62,400 nucleotides of DNA from Thermoproteota archaeon (lineage in GTDB: Archaea; Asgardarchaeota; Jordiarchaeia; Jordiarchaeales; Freyrarchaeaceae): positions 1 to 62,400 of the forward strand of contig JAPDJY010000037.1 in NCBI GenBank assembly GCA_029258835.1. Reading direction: 5' to 3'. The first letter of the stretch is position 1. Each line of letters opens with the position of its first letter. Below the pieces are notes generated by a model. The model saw nothing but the letters and a program-made list of their open reading frames with translations. It made no database searches and had not been told where the DNA came from. The position numbers and the translations under genes were made by a program. Of this stretch, positions 50,021 to 60,041 are shown in pieces.

Positions 50021-50341
50021 ATGGGATTAATTGATAAAGTTAAGAGTATCTTTAAACGGTTCACAAGAGCCCCCCCACCAATACCTAAGCCGCCAGTAAC
50101 GGTTGAGGAAGAAGAGGAGATAGCCCGGCTAAAACAAGTAATGGAGGAACTTAAAGGAAGAAAAGAAGAAATTCAGCTTGAACTAAAGAAGCTTGACGCC
50201 GACTTCATGCTCGGAAAAATTGACGCTAGGAAACGCGACAGACAATACATAAACTTAATGAGGGAGACCATGAAGATAAATAGAGAACTCGCTAACATTA
50301 GACAACGCATAATAAGCCTAGGCGGTGTAATAGAAATTTAA
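50021..50341 (+). CDS. Small helical protein with N-terminal amphipathic helix, Pro-rich linker and helical hairpin
   Basis: GGAGG SD; MGLIDKVKSIFKRF, PPPIPKPP, coiled coil, FMLGKID turn. Confidence 0.7.
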   Translation: MGLIDKVKSIFKRFTRAPPPIPKPPVTVEEEEEIARLKQVMEELKGRKEEIQLELKKLDADFMLGKIDARKRDRQYINLMRETMKINRELANIRQRIISLGGVIEI

Positions 50342-50393
50342 ATGGTTTCTGGGAGCTCAGCTAAACTAAAGCCCTAGAAAAACATTAGTCAGT

Positions 50394-50948
50394 CTATTCT
50401 CTTATGATCCCCCTCTCAATGAGCGTTTCCATAATCCTGTCAACTGCAACATAAACATCTTCCTCTTTTTTCGCTCCCGTACAAACCAGCTTCCCTGACC
50501 CGAACAAGAGAATAACAACTTTAGGGTCTCTCATACGGTAAATTAACCCTGGAAACTGCTCTGGCTCGTACATGGTATTTTCTAGGGAAAACGCTGCTTC
50601 CTCTAGGTTTATTTCCACCCCTAAATTTGCCGAGGCTACTATGTTTTGAACCTGTATTATAGGTTCGTTCTTGATTTCTATCCCTGCTTCCTTAAGGTTC
50701 TCAACTATTTTCTTGACAGCCTTGACAGCGTCCCTCTCCGATTTACTGCCAGTGCAAACCATCTTACCGCTGTTAAAGATTAAGGTAGCAGTCTTTGGCT
50801 TATCGAGACGGTAAACGAGACCTGGAAATTGGTCCGGGTCGTACTCGACGTTTGGCAGTCTTTCAGCTACTAAGTCTAAATCTATCCGCTGATTTAACGT
50901 AACTGATGCTACAACGTTCTCTATTTTAACCGATTTAGCTTTAGGCAT
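50394..50948 (-). CDS. tbp: TATA-box binding protein
   Basis: Two repeats [17 protein letters not shown] / [17 protein letters not shown]. Confidence 0.98.
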   Translation of the reverse strand: MPKAKSVKIENVVASVTLNQRIDLDLVAERLPNVEYDPDQFPGLVYRLDKPKTATLIFNSGKMVCTGSKSERDAVKAVKKIVENLKEAGIEIKNEPIIQVQNIVASANLGVEINLEEAAFSLENTMYEPEQFPGLIYRMRDPKVVILLFGSGKLVCTGAKKEEDVYVAVDRIMETLIERGIIRE

Positions 50949-51115
50949 ATTCCTCCCCCACAGATGCCTCTCCTATTTTGGAGATAGAAATATATAAATT
51001 TATTTTAAAGCAGCTAAAAATTCGATCGATCACCACTACAGCATCCCCCTCTTTAACCCAACACCACACTTTTTAATTAAATTCAAGTGCGTTTCTATGT
51101 CCTTCTTAAGCCTCA

Positions 51116-52324
51116 TTAAAGCATCGAATTCAACGTTTTTTCTATTTCCTCTATTCTAGCTTCAACCTCCAATGGTTTCTCGCAGGTCTTTACAGCGATG
51201 TCCGGGTCTTTTAATCCGTGGCCTGTAGTTACACAAACCACTCTTTCATCCTTATCTATCACCCCTTCTTCCAATAGTTTTATCAGTCCCGCTATCGAGG
51301 CTGCCGATGCGGGTTCAACGAAGATTCCCTCTGTTCTGGCGAGCAGCTTCTGAGCAGCTAAGATCTGAGCGTCTGTAACGCTTTCCGCCGTTCCATCCGA
51401 GCCATAGATAGCCCTTAACGCTTTCTCCCAGTTTACAGGGGTACCTATTCTTATCGCCGTTGCGACCGTTTCAGGTTTCTCCACGAACCTAACCTCTCTA
51501 CTCTTTTTTCTGACAGCCTCGACTATTGGCGCGGCACCCTCTGACTGAATCCCAATCATCCGCGGCTTCCCGCCTATGATGCCCAGTTCCTCCCACTCCG
51601 TTAGCCCTTTGTATATTGCACTTATGTTTCCAGCGTTTCCGACTGGGAGCACTATTACGTCAGGAGTAACCCCTAACTGTTCGATAATCTCGAATCCTAT
51701 GGTTTTCTGCCCCTCTAAACGGTACGGGTTAAGGCTGTTAAGGAGGTATAGCCCAAAACGCTCGCAGCTTTCTTGGACGAGCTTTAATGCATCGTCAAAA
51801 TTCCCTTTAACGGCAAGCACCAAGCATCCATACATCATCGCCTGTGCAAGCTTTCCAAAAGCGATCTTGCCTGATGGAATCATAACGATGCATTTCATCT
51901 CTGCCCTGGCGGCGTAGGCTGCTAGGGATGCTGAGGTGTTCCCGGTTGAAGCGCAGGCAACTACGCGTTTACCTAGGGTCTTCGCTATGGATACGCCCAC
52001 CGTCATCCCTCTATCCTTGAAACTTCCAGTAGGGTTTTCACCCTCGTTTTTAACCCATAACTCTTTCATGCCGAGCCTTTTAGCTAGCCTCTTGCAGCTG
52101 TAGAGGCTTGTTCCTCCCTCGTTGAGGCTGACCTTCTCCCTCACCCTAGGCAGAAACGCCTCATACCTCCAAACGGATAAACTGCCTTTTCCCAGTTCCA
52201 CCCTTGGAGCCTCTTCGAAGTCGTACTTAACGTCTAGGAGGGCTCCACACTCACGGCACGTATAAATTACACTGTCCCACGGATACTTCCTTCCACATCT
52301 TATGCACTCAAGCCAAAGGTTCAT
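51116..52324 (-). CDS. thrC: Threonine synthase
   Basis: NPTGSFKDRG, CASTGNTSAS, PVGNAGN, TGHGLKD. Confidence 0.95.
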   Translation of the reverse strand: MNLWLECIRCGRKYPWDSVIYTCRECGALLDVKYDFEEAPRVELGKGSLSVWRYEAFLPRVREKVSLNEGGTSLYSCKRLAKRLGMKELWVKNEGENPTGSFKDRGMTVGVSIAKTLGKRVVACASTGNTSASLAAYAARAEMKCIVMIPSGKIAFGKLAQAMMYGCLVLAVKGNFDDALKLVQESCERFGLYLLNSLNPYRLEGQKTIGFEIIEQLGVTPDVIVLPVGNAGNISAIYKGLTEWEELGIIGGKPRMIGIQSEGAAPIVEAVRKKSREVRFVEKPETVATAIRIGTPVNWEKALRAIYGSDGTAESVTDAQILAAQKLLARTEGIFVEPASAASIAGLIKLLEEGVIDKDERVVCVTTGHGLKDPDIAVKTCEKPLEVEARIEEIEKTLNSML

Positions 52325-52331
52325 TTACCCT

Positions 52332-53342
52332 TCACCTTCCACTTCTCTCCTTAACTATGGTTAGAAGGTCGCTTAGTACCGCACTTGCAGTCTCCCTCGG
52401 CCCAGCGCCCTTACCGATGAGTGTTATGGGACCGGCTAAATCCGCTTTAATCGTTATCACGTTGAATGTTCCTCCTATGGATAGAGGCGAGTTTTTCGGG
52501 ACAAGTCTGGGTCCCACTTCCATCCGCTCCCTGTCAAGGTAGCTTATATGCTTCACTAAGTATCCTTCCTCCTCTGCTAGCTCTATCATTTCCGGTGTAA
52601 CTCCTCTTACTCCCTCCCTCTCAACGTCTGAAATCCTCTTGTTCATCCCCATTATGCCGTTGGCGAGTATCACTAGCTTACATGCTGCATCTATACCTTC
52701 CACATCGTATGTTGGGTCCGCCTCAGCGTAGCCCATTTCCTGCGCCTCCCTAAGAGCATCGTCAAATGAAACCTTATCCTCGCTCATCCTTGAAAGTATG
52801 TAGTTTGTGGTTCCATTAAGTATGCCCTCTATGCACTCTACCTCATTATGCTTAAGCGCCTCCCTGGCAACGGCGAAAACAGGGATGGCTGCCCCAACCG
52901 TTGCCTCGTAAAGTAGAAAGCACCCTTTCTTCTCTGCTATGTTCAGGAGTTCTCTCATGGAAACTACGAGGGGTCCTTTATTGGATGTAACCACGTCTTT
53001 TCCTTCTTCAAGAGCCTTCTTTATGAAGCTTAACCCCGGTTCTCCAGTCTCTATGTTGGTTACGGTCATCTCAACAACGACGTCGCATGGCAGCTCCGAT
53101 ACGCCTTCAAGCGCGCTAGCTTCGGGAACCCAGCTTGGGTGTCTCTCCCCCCTTTCCAAGACGTCCTTAAGGTTTAAACCGTCTGGGCTGATGAATCCCC
53201 CCTTACTCCTAAATATTCCTGTGACATTGAAGTTAGCGCCGATTTCTTTAAGCTCGGCTTCTCTCTCAACCAGAACCTCTGCTAAGGCGCGTCCTACATT
53301 CCCAAAACCAATAAGAATTAGGTCCAAGGTTTTCAGCTCCAA
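52332..53342 (-). CDS. hom: Homoserine dehydrogenase
   Basis: GFGNVG, SNKGP, YEATVGAAIP, GILNGTTN, GYAEADP, GAGPRETA. Confidence 0.95.
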   Translation of the reverse strand: MELKTLDLILIGFGNVGRALAEVLVEREAELKEIGANFNVTGIFRSKGGFISPDGLNLKDVLERGERHPSWVPEASALEGVSELPCDVVVEMTVTNIETGEPGLSFIKKALEEGKDVVTSNKGPLVVSMRELLNIAEKKGCFLLYEATVGAAIPVFAVAREALKHNEVECIEGILNGTTNYILSRMSEDKVSFDDALREAQEMGYAEADPTYDVEGIDAACKLVILANGIMGMNKRISDVEREGVRGVTPEMIELAEEEGYLVKHISYLDRERMEVGPRLVPKNSPLSIGGTFNVITIKADLAGPITLIGKGAGPRETASAVLSDLLTIVKERSGR

Positions 53343-53818
53343 ACAATAAAGAGCCTTTTTTCATCGGCTATTTTCTTCAGGAGCCTTATGGTTCTCTCCA
53401 GCTTATCCTTTGCGTCTGCTTCAAGAATAAACTTAACCGTGGACGCCTCCTCAGCGCTCTTAATTCTCGCGACAACTCTCTTCACCCGAACCCCTCTCTC
53501 AAGCACCCTATCTATGGTGTCCTTTATGTTTGTTGCAAAGACATGGCCAACCATGATCACTATTTTCCTGCACACCTCCGGGTGGGGCTCTGTACTCGTA
53601 ATCTGAACGCCAGCTGCCTCTATGGCTTCCTTTATTTTTAGAAACTGCTGCAGGTCTTTAACGTCAAACGTCACCATAACCGGGAGAAAATTACCCTTTT
53701 TCTCCTCTCTAAGATGGGATATCTCCCTTATGTTTCCCCCAAACTCGGCTATAGGCTGCAAAATCCTGAGAAGCTGACCCGGCTCATCGGCAAGGTTAAA
53801 CCACATTTTAACCCTCAC
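53333..53818 (-). CDS. ACT-domain protein, predicted allosteric regulator of homoserine dehydrogenase
   Basis: DEPGQL..ILQPIAEFGGNI..ISH, GHVFATNIKDTIDR; adjacent to hom. Confidence 0.8.
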   Translation of the reverse strand: MRVKMWFNLADEPGQLLRILQPIAEFGGNIREISHLREEKKGNFLPVMVTFDVKDLQQFLKIKEAIEAAGVQITSTEPHPEVCRKIVIMVGHVFATNIKDTIDRVLERGVRVKRVVARIKSAEEASTVKFILEADAKDKLERTIRLLKKIADEKRLFIVWS

Positions 53819-53989
53819 CTTTACACCTCCACAACGTTAACTCCCCCGCATACTTGGCAACCGTGGAAACAACCCTGCGCCTAAACTTCATGTTAGCGTC
53901 TACGTCAGAATCGTAGAGTCTAGGCTTCAAGTCTACTGGTATTGATGAGCTGTTCTAACAGGCATAATCCATTACTCCTCTCACCTTCA

Positions 53990-55402
53990 TTACCCCTCCG
54001 AGCCAAGCTGAAACTCTGAGTGGATCGCCCTAACAGCATCCCTTAGATCTTTCCTAGAAACGACAAGTGTTATGTTAAGCTCACTGCTTCCTTGGGCTAT
54101 TGCCCTTATGTTTATACTCTTCCTTCCAAGAGCCGAACATACTCTAGCAGCTATCCCGGGAGTGTTCTTCATTCCCGCCCCTATGACGCTCAGCAACCCT
54201 ACATCGTCTTCAACGTTCACTTTGATCCAGTGGCTTCCGAAGAAGTCGGATCTTTTTATTGCCTCAACAGCTTTCTCCTTGTCAGCCGAATCTATAACTA
54301 GAGTTATATTGTTCTCCGAGGACGATTGAGATATCATCCTAATGTTAACATTTTCTTCCCCCATTAACGTGAAAAGTTTAGCTGCAGTTCCCGGTCTTGA
54401 AACCATTGCCTCTCCCTCAACGGTTATCATGGTCACCTTCTCTATTCCCGAGACAGCCTTCACCACCTCTGCCCTAGACTCCACTATGCTTGAAATGGTA
54501 GTATACTCTTCAGATTCAGCCTTCCAGAAATTCCTTATTTCAAGCGAGATCCCTTTCCTCTCTGCCGGGATAAGGCAGAGAGGATGGAGGAGTTTAGCCC
54601 CAAAAAAGGCTAACTCCTTCGCTTCAGCGTAGGAAATCGTCTTAATTAACCTGCAGTTCTCCTCGTACTCCGGGTTAGCTGTAAGCAATCCGTCAACGTC
54701 CTTCCACAGGATCACTTTGACATCGCTTCTGTCATCCTTCAAGCCATAAGCAAGTATTGTTGCGGTGAAGTCGCTTCCGCCTCTGCCAAGTACGGCCGGT
54801 GTCCCGTCAACGTTCTTACATATAAATCCCGGAACTATAGGGATTACCCCTCTTTCAAGGAGTGGAACAATTTTCTCCTTAACGTTCGCCGCTGTCTCCT
54901 CTAAAAGAGGAAGGGCGTTAAGGTAATTGTTGAACGCTAATATCACTTCCTCAGCATCAACCCTCTTAACGTTAAGTCCCTCATCCCTTAAAAACCCTTC
55001 AAGGATAACGCTCGAAAACTTTTCCCCAAACCCCTCTATGAACGCAAGAATGGACTGCTTTAATCCTTCCCTTTCAACCTTACCTAGTGCCCCCCTAAGG
55101 TCCTCACATAGCCTTTCTACGCTCTCCATAACGTTTCTCATAATGTCTCCGTCCCTTATGGCTTCACCCGCTACTTTCAAGTGCTTTCTTAGGATTTCGT
55201 CGACGCCAGGCTTGACGTCTTCCCTCCTACTTGTTTTATCAGCCGCCTTAATAAGCTGGTCTGTAACACCTGATAGTGCGGAAGGAACCAATACGATCTG
55301 GTGTCCACCGTACTCCTTAACTATGTCGGAAACCCTCCTGAACGACTCGGAATTCCTCAAGCAGCTACCGCCAAACTTCATGACAACCCTGCTAACCCTC
55401 AT
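53990..55402 (-). CDS. lysC: Aspartate kinase
   Basis: MKFGGS, LGRGGSDFTA, DVDG, two ACT domains (SQSSSE, AQGSSE). Confidence 0.94.
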   Translation of the reverse strand: MRVSRVVMKFGGSCLRNSESFRRVSDIVKEYGGHQIVLVPSALSGVTDQLIKAADKTSRREDVKPGVDEILRKHLKVAGEAIRDGDIMRNVMESVERLCEDLRGALGKVEREGLKQSILAFIEGFGEKFSSVILEGFLRDEGLNVKRVDAEEVILAFNNYLNALPLLEETAANVKEKIVPLLERGVIPIVPGFICKNVDGTPAVLGRGGSDFTATILAYGLKDDRSDVKVILWKDVDGLLTANPEYEENCRLIKTISYAEAKELAFFGAKLLHPLCLIPAERKGISLEIRNFWKAESEEYTTISSIVESRAEVVKAVSGIEKVTMITVEGEAMVSRPGTAAKLFTLMGEENVNIRMISQSSSENNITLVIDSADKEKAVEAIKRSDFFGSHWIKVNVEDDVGLLSVIGAGMKNTPGIAARVCSALGRKSINIRAIAQGSSELNITLVVSRKDLRDAVRAIHSEFQLGSEG

Positions 55403-55447
55403 TTTTAACCCCACCTCTACTGAGGCAAGCAAGTAAAAATATAAAGC

Positions 55448-55918
55448 TTGCGAAAACCCCGTAAAACGTCGCAAACAAAAACTAATAAGCCAGTTCAAGT
55501 AAAGAAGGTCAGGCAACCAATTACTCCATTAAAGGTCAAGGAGGCCGACGAAATTCCCGCGGGTTTGCTCGTGATCAGCTGGGGTAAAAAGCTGGGTGCT
55601 TACTTAGAGGCTTCCTTCCCTGCAAAGCTAAATGTTCCGCCAGGCTTCATAACCCAGATTTTCTCAGCTCACTTCCAGGGAGACTTAAACACGTATACGC
55701 CTCGGGTTGCCTTTCAAGCATCAGGAAGAAAAGTGGTGAGCTACCTTGTTGATCAAGGTGGCGTTAAAAAATGCTTCGCCCTTCTCCTTCACAAGGAGGA
55801 GAAGTCAAGTGACTGGTTTGATACTCTCCGAAAAATAGCACTAGAATTCATGAAGGCTAGGAATCCCAAGAAGTTGCCTTCAATCTATAAGAAATATGTG
55901 CTGAAAGGAGGAGGCTAA
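55448..55918 (+). CDS. Stand-alone uDENN/longin-like protein (paralogue of the 48048 N-domain)
   Basis: GLLVISWGKKLGAYLEASFP...QIFSAH...FALLL aligns with GMIVVRWDNRLGAVLEARYP...KIYTAH...VALLL. Confidence 0.6.
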   Translation: MRKPRKTSQTKTNKPVQVKKVRQPITPLKVKEADEIPAGLLVISWGKKLGAYLEASFPAKLNVPPGFITQIFSAHFQGDLNTYTPRVAFQASGRKVVSYLVDQGGVKKCFALLLHKEEKSSDWFDTLRKIALEFMKARNPKKLPSIYKKYVLKGGG

Positions 55919-56637
55919 GCCGTGAACTCAACCTCATTAGAGAACGTTTCCCCATCCACATAAAGAGTACGTTTAACCCTTCCCCGTCTCTTTGACCGTA
56001 ACCTTACTTCCCTTGCTGAAAGCCTCTCCCTGTCCTCAGGGAAAATTATCTCTTCTACTATAAACTTGTTCTCTAAGAGCAATGATTTAAATGGCAACCT
56101 GATCTCCTTTAGGAAATCTGGGGCGACTTCCTCAACGATCCTCTTAACACCCTCCTCACTTAGTTTAAGCCTGCCAACGCAGAACTCCCTTCTTTCCTCC
56201 TCAAACCCTTTATATTCTAACTTCCTTTTTGAACGCACACTCCCCTGCCTCGTTTTAATGTTCAACATTAAGACGCATTCGTCCGCATACCTCTCATAGA
56301 TCTCTCTTAACTCGCCAACCCTGCAGGAAAACTCGACATTAATCTTATGCACCTCTCCTTTTACGCTAACCTTCCCCCCATACTTCCTCGTCTCCTCGAC
56401 ACAAGCCTTACCTATAATAACGCCCTTAACATCACATTCCTCGTTTTCATCAACCGTAGTCAAAAGAAACCATCCGATGAAATCCTCATAGCCTACATCT
56501 CCTTTCAAAACCACATTTCTACCTCGAACCGAAACCTCCAACCAAGGGCCGTCGAACTCTCCGACAGAATATTTAACAAACCTCCTATGAACCCCCTCAT
56601 CTATGTTTCCGTTGACGACGCGGGTTAACCAGTGCAC
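55915..56637 (-). CDS. Conserved archaeal hypothetical protein
   Basis: 240-aa ORF with SD; VHRRFVKYSVGEF, SKRRGRVKR. Confidence 0.6.
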   Translation of the reverse strand: MHWLTRVVNGNIDEGVHRRFVKYSVGEFDGPWLEVSVRGRNVVLKGDVGYEDFIGWFLLTTVDENEECDVKGVIIGKACVEETRKYGGKVSVKGEVHKINVEFSCRVGELREIYERYADECVLMLNIKTRQGSVRSKRKLEYKGFEEERREFCVGRLKLSEEGVKRIVEEVAPDFLKEIRLPFKSLLLENKFIVEEIIFPEDRERLSAREVRLRSKRRGRVKRTLYVDGETFSNEVEFTA

Positions 56638-56858
56638 ACGAACCCCTCCGAAACAAAATTTGAGTTCATTTTTTAACTTTATTCCTTAGCGGTCTTTACA
56701 CGTTTCCAATTTGCGTTTGCTTTTCATTACCTCTCTTCAGTACACTTACATTTAGCTTATTAGCGAAAGTACACAATTAAACAGAAGATTTTAATGTTAT
56801 GTAGCATCTTAAAAAGGTAAGAAGCAGTTTTGAAAGTAAAGAGGAGGTTTAATGTTAG

Positions 56859-57581
56859 ATGGCGGCTAGGAAATATCATCTCCTGTTTGGCGTCATAGTT
56901 TTTGTGATCTTCACGGCTGCATATTATAAGTGGTATCTGGGGACTTGGACGTTAACGGTGTTTGCCGGGATGATCATACCAACTGTGAACACGTTCTCCT
57001 CAAAGGACATAGTATGGTTAACCATAGCCTTCTTCCTATGCCTGACGGGTGCTGAAATAGCGGATTTCGACCATGCAATAACGTGGATGCACCATAGAGA
57101 CTTTCTCACGCATTCAGCTATAATCCCCGCGATCCCCGCTATAGTGGTTTTAGCTGCAAGCTTCACACCAACATTCCTTCAAGAAGTGCGTCTAGCATCA
57201 GCTCTCCTCCTAGCAGTAATACCTTTTATCTTCGCAGCGGCGTCACACCTCCTCATAGACGTATTTCCAAGCGTCCCAATTGAAGAGCTAAGTAAGGAGG
57301 GAAAATACGTGGAGCTTGCGGTCAGAATGGCTGACAGCGCTATTAGAGGAATGATTCTAAGTGAATTCTCAAAACGCCTGTCGGGAAGCTACCTGATCCA
57401 TTTCTGGTGGAGCATAAAAACAGATAAAAGGGAAAGGCACACCCTACCTGAGGGGAAAACAAAAACATGGCTTGTTATCAACGGCCTCATACTAATCGGC
57501 ATCGCACTAGCTCTCCTTGCCAGGTACCTAATGCTCGAGTCAACAGCCATACTAACTCAGCTAACCCCTCTTTTCCTGTAA
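56859..57581 (+). CDS. Membrane-bound metal-dependent hydrolase-like protein (YdjM-like)
   Basis: H...DFDH...HRDFLTHS...SHLLID with TM helices. Confidence 0.65.
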   Translation: MAARKYHLLFGVIVFVIFTAAYYKWYLGTWTLTVFAGMIIPTVNTFSSKDIVWLTIAFFLCLTGAEIADFDHAITWMHHRDFLTHSAIIPAIPAIVVLAASFTPTFLQEVRLASALLLAVIPFIFAAASHLLIDVFPSVPIEELSKEGKYVELAVRMADSAIRGMILSEFSKRLSGSYLIHFWWSIKTDKRERHTLPEGKTKTWLVINGLILIGIALALLARYLMLESTAILTQLTPLFL

Positions 57582-57604
57582 CCATTCCTACTCATTCCAA
57601 CTCC

Positions 57605-57810
57605 AGCAGAAGGGGAAACCTTAAGGTGGAGGGGCCTATGGCTTGAACCAATAAAAAACAGCTTCCACCCCACAATTTCCACATAAACTCTATTCTAGGC
57701 CGTTCCCCACTCAGGCAGAGTTTAGTAGCTCAAAGGGATGGCTTCCCCTCAAACTCCTAACCCCATTTAACCCCCTTTTAGGAGTTCTTCATCCCAATCC
57801 ATCTTCAAGT
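57605..57810. ncRNA. Candidate structured non-coding RNA
   Basis: Nested stems GGGGAAACC/GGCTTCCCC, GGTGGAGG/CTTCCACC, TAAACTCT/AGAGTTTA and adjacent AACTCCTAA/TTAGGAGTT in an intergenic gap. Confidence 0.35.
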
Positions 57811-57848
57811 CTTTTACATAGAAAACTAAAGTTTTTAGGAGCTAACCT

Positions 57849-58598
57849 TCAAAAGATGTCGAAAAGTCCGGGTGTGGGCAGCTCCCCCACTATTATTTTT
57901 CCTTCAGATCCGTCGACCAGCACCTTATACCTTTTACGTTTGTACGTGTAGGTTACGTCCCATATTGGAGCGTGGAGGTAGTATGTGTCCTTAATTGTAA
58001 AATCTGTTTCATGCTCGATTATTTTGTCGACTTCCCTCCTTGCAAGATATAAGTGGTGTTCCACCACCTCACTTTTCGCCCTTTCTACCGCCTCTTCCTC
58101 ACCGAACTCTGCATTGAGGACCCTAGCGTACTCCGGAATTTTCGTGAAGTCGTAGGGTATTTTTCCTTGAAGTGGGACATCATACTCCCTTGTTGGAAAC
58201 TTTGAGGCCCTCTGCGCTATTATAACCCAGTCGTAACTCCCACTTACGGTGCCCTTCCTCACGTATCCCGGTCCCAAACGCTCGAAAATACCCTTAAACC
58301 TCGTAGTTGCCTCTATAGGAACCACCCAGAAAGGATAAATGAACAATACAGCATCCCTAATTTTAGCACGTTTGGAAAGCAGCTTAGGAGCTAGGAAGCT
58401 TGAATCCATCCATTCCCTAACTATCTCGGCAACATCACCCTTCTCAACATTAACTGGGAGAAGCGCGTGCTCCAGCGTGAAAGGCTTCTCGTACGTCAGA
58501 ATAGTCGTGTATCCACAGTATTTACATGTAGCAACATAATCTCCAGCATTGTAATCAAGTGGCGCCCCACAATGCTCACACTTAATTACAATTTTCAA
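57849..58598 (-). CDS. Zinc-ribbon protein of SPFH-associated loci
   Basis: CEHCGAPL..CKYCG, YPFW, C-terminal VDGSEGKIIVG. Confidence 0.75.
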   Translation of the reverse strand: MKIVIKCEHCGAPLDYNAGDYVATCKYCGYTTILTYEKPFTLEHALLPVNVEKGDVAEIVREWMDSSFLAPKLLSKRAKIRDAVLFIYPFWVVPIEATTRFKGIFERLGPGYVRKGTVSGSYDWVIIAQRASKFPTREYDVPLQGKIPYDFTKIPEYARVLNAEFGEEEAVERAKSEVVEHHLYLARREVDKIIEHETDFTIKDTYYLHAPIWDVTYTYKRKRYKVLVDGSEGKIIVGELPTPGLFDIF

Positions 58599-58709
58599 AA
58601 TTTACACCTCACCAAGGAGTACCAGTGTGCTATTCTTTTACTAAAAACTTAATACCCACGTTGACTCTAAATTACTTTCTGGAATTTATAGTGTATAGTG
58701 TAGAATGGT

Positions 58710-60041
58710 TTGAAGGATGATCTGGAAAGGAGGCCGTCATTAATGGGGCATTTAGTGTTCCTTAAGGCGCGGATGGCGACGGCTCTCTTAGCAATGTCCG
58801 CTTTAACCTTCATCTTTCTCGTGGGAGTAAACGTGGCGTTCAGAGCTGTTTTCGGCTCCGCGCTGCTAGACCTTATTTTTAATGCAGGAAATTATATCGG
58901 AGAAATGGTCGGGGAGATAACCGGGAAATTTACTTTTGGAAGCGGGTTAAGTTTAAATGCTCTCCTTCCGCTGCAGGAAAACTGGGATTTCACACATCTC
59001 CAACAGGACCTCCAAGACATTTACTGGGCGATAAACACGCTCATTAACGAGGTTACGCAAGGTGTTCAATGGAATCTAGCGGCTACATCATGGCTTGAGC
59101 CATATACCTTAGGCGGGCTCGCGTTTCTTACAGGCATGTTCATGCTCTTCGAGTGGTTTATTGGCCCCTCCGTAGCTGCCAAGTCCCTCAGCTTAAAATA
59201 CGTAGCAAGCGAGGAAGCGCCATGGCTCCACTCCGTTGTGGAGGAGTTGTCGAGGAAAAGCGGTATTCCAAAACCCAAGATTGCTGTAGCACCGTATCCC
59301 GTTCCTAACGCATGTGTTTTTGGAAGGACGATAAGGGGGGCAACCCTAGCGGTCACCGAGGGATTACTTGAAAACCTTAACGCAGACGAGGTTAAAGCAG
59401 TCATATCCCATGAGCTCGGCCACCTAAGACATAAAGACTGCATAGTACTAACACTGTTAAATGCGATTCCAACATTGTGCTTCATAATAGCAACCTTCAC
59501 CATGTCAGGTTTAAGGTTAAGCTACAGGCCATACAGTAAAAGATCCGGTGGGATATTAGCCATCATACTATTCGTCATCGGGCTAATAGCCATGGCTACG
59601 TACATTGTGACGCTCTTGGTCGTGAGGTACTTAAGCAGGATGCGTGAATTCTACGCAGATGTCTACGCAGCATACCTTACCCACCCATCTTACATGAAAA
59701 GCGCCTTGGCAAAAATTGCCTACGGCCTCTCCACGCGTCCCATGGAAGTCCACGGGGCACGGGCATTTTTCGTTGAAGACCCTGCCACGGCATCAAAAGA
59801 AATAGGAGAAATAATAAGTAAAATGGACGAATACGACCTCAACAAAGACGGAGTCCTAGACGAAAAAGAACTTCAGCTAGCCATGGAGAAAGAAGCAGAG
59901 AAAGTTAGTAGATGGAATAAGTTCAACATGCTTTTCTCAACACATCCACCAACATTCAAAAGGATACTCCTCCTCTCACTGATAGAAAAAGAGCTTAGGC
60001 TAGGACGTTTCACCAAAGAAAACATTTACAAATACATCTAA
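58710..60041 (+). CDS. htpX: HtpX-like M48 zinc metalloprotease with EF-hand
   Basis: PNA, HELGH, SRMREFYAD, STHP; EF-hand loop DLNKDGVLDEKE. Confidence 0.92.
   Translation: MKDDLERRPSLMGHLVFLKARMATALLAMSALTFIFLVGVNVAFRAVFGSALLDLIFNAGNYIGEMVGEITGKFTFGSGLSLNALLPLQENWDFTHLQQDLQDIYWAINTLINEVTQGVQWNLAATSWLEPYTLGGLAFLTGMFMLFEWFIGPSVAAKSLSLKYVASEEAPWLHSVVEELSRKSGIPKPKIAVAPYPVPNACVFGRTIRGATLAVTEGLLENLNADEVKAVISHELGHLRHKDCIVLTLLNAIPTLCFIIATFTMSGLRLSYRPYSKRSGGILAIILFVIGLIAMATYIVTLLVVRYLSRMREFYADVYAAYLTHPSYMKSALAKIAYGLSTRPMEVHGARAFFVEDPATASKEIGEIISKMDEYDLNKDGVLDEKELQLAMEKEAEKVSRWNKFNMLFSTHPPTFKRILLLSLIEKELRLGRFTKENIYKYI

Noticed and set aside
53808-53990. Short minus-strand frame MKVRGVMDYAC*NSSS... 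with one TAG between lysC and the ACT gene; possible recoding or intron
   Set aside because: No BHB found and no recognisable product; possibly a decayed zinc-ribbon gene.
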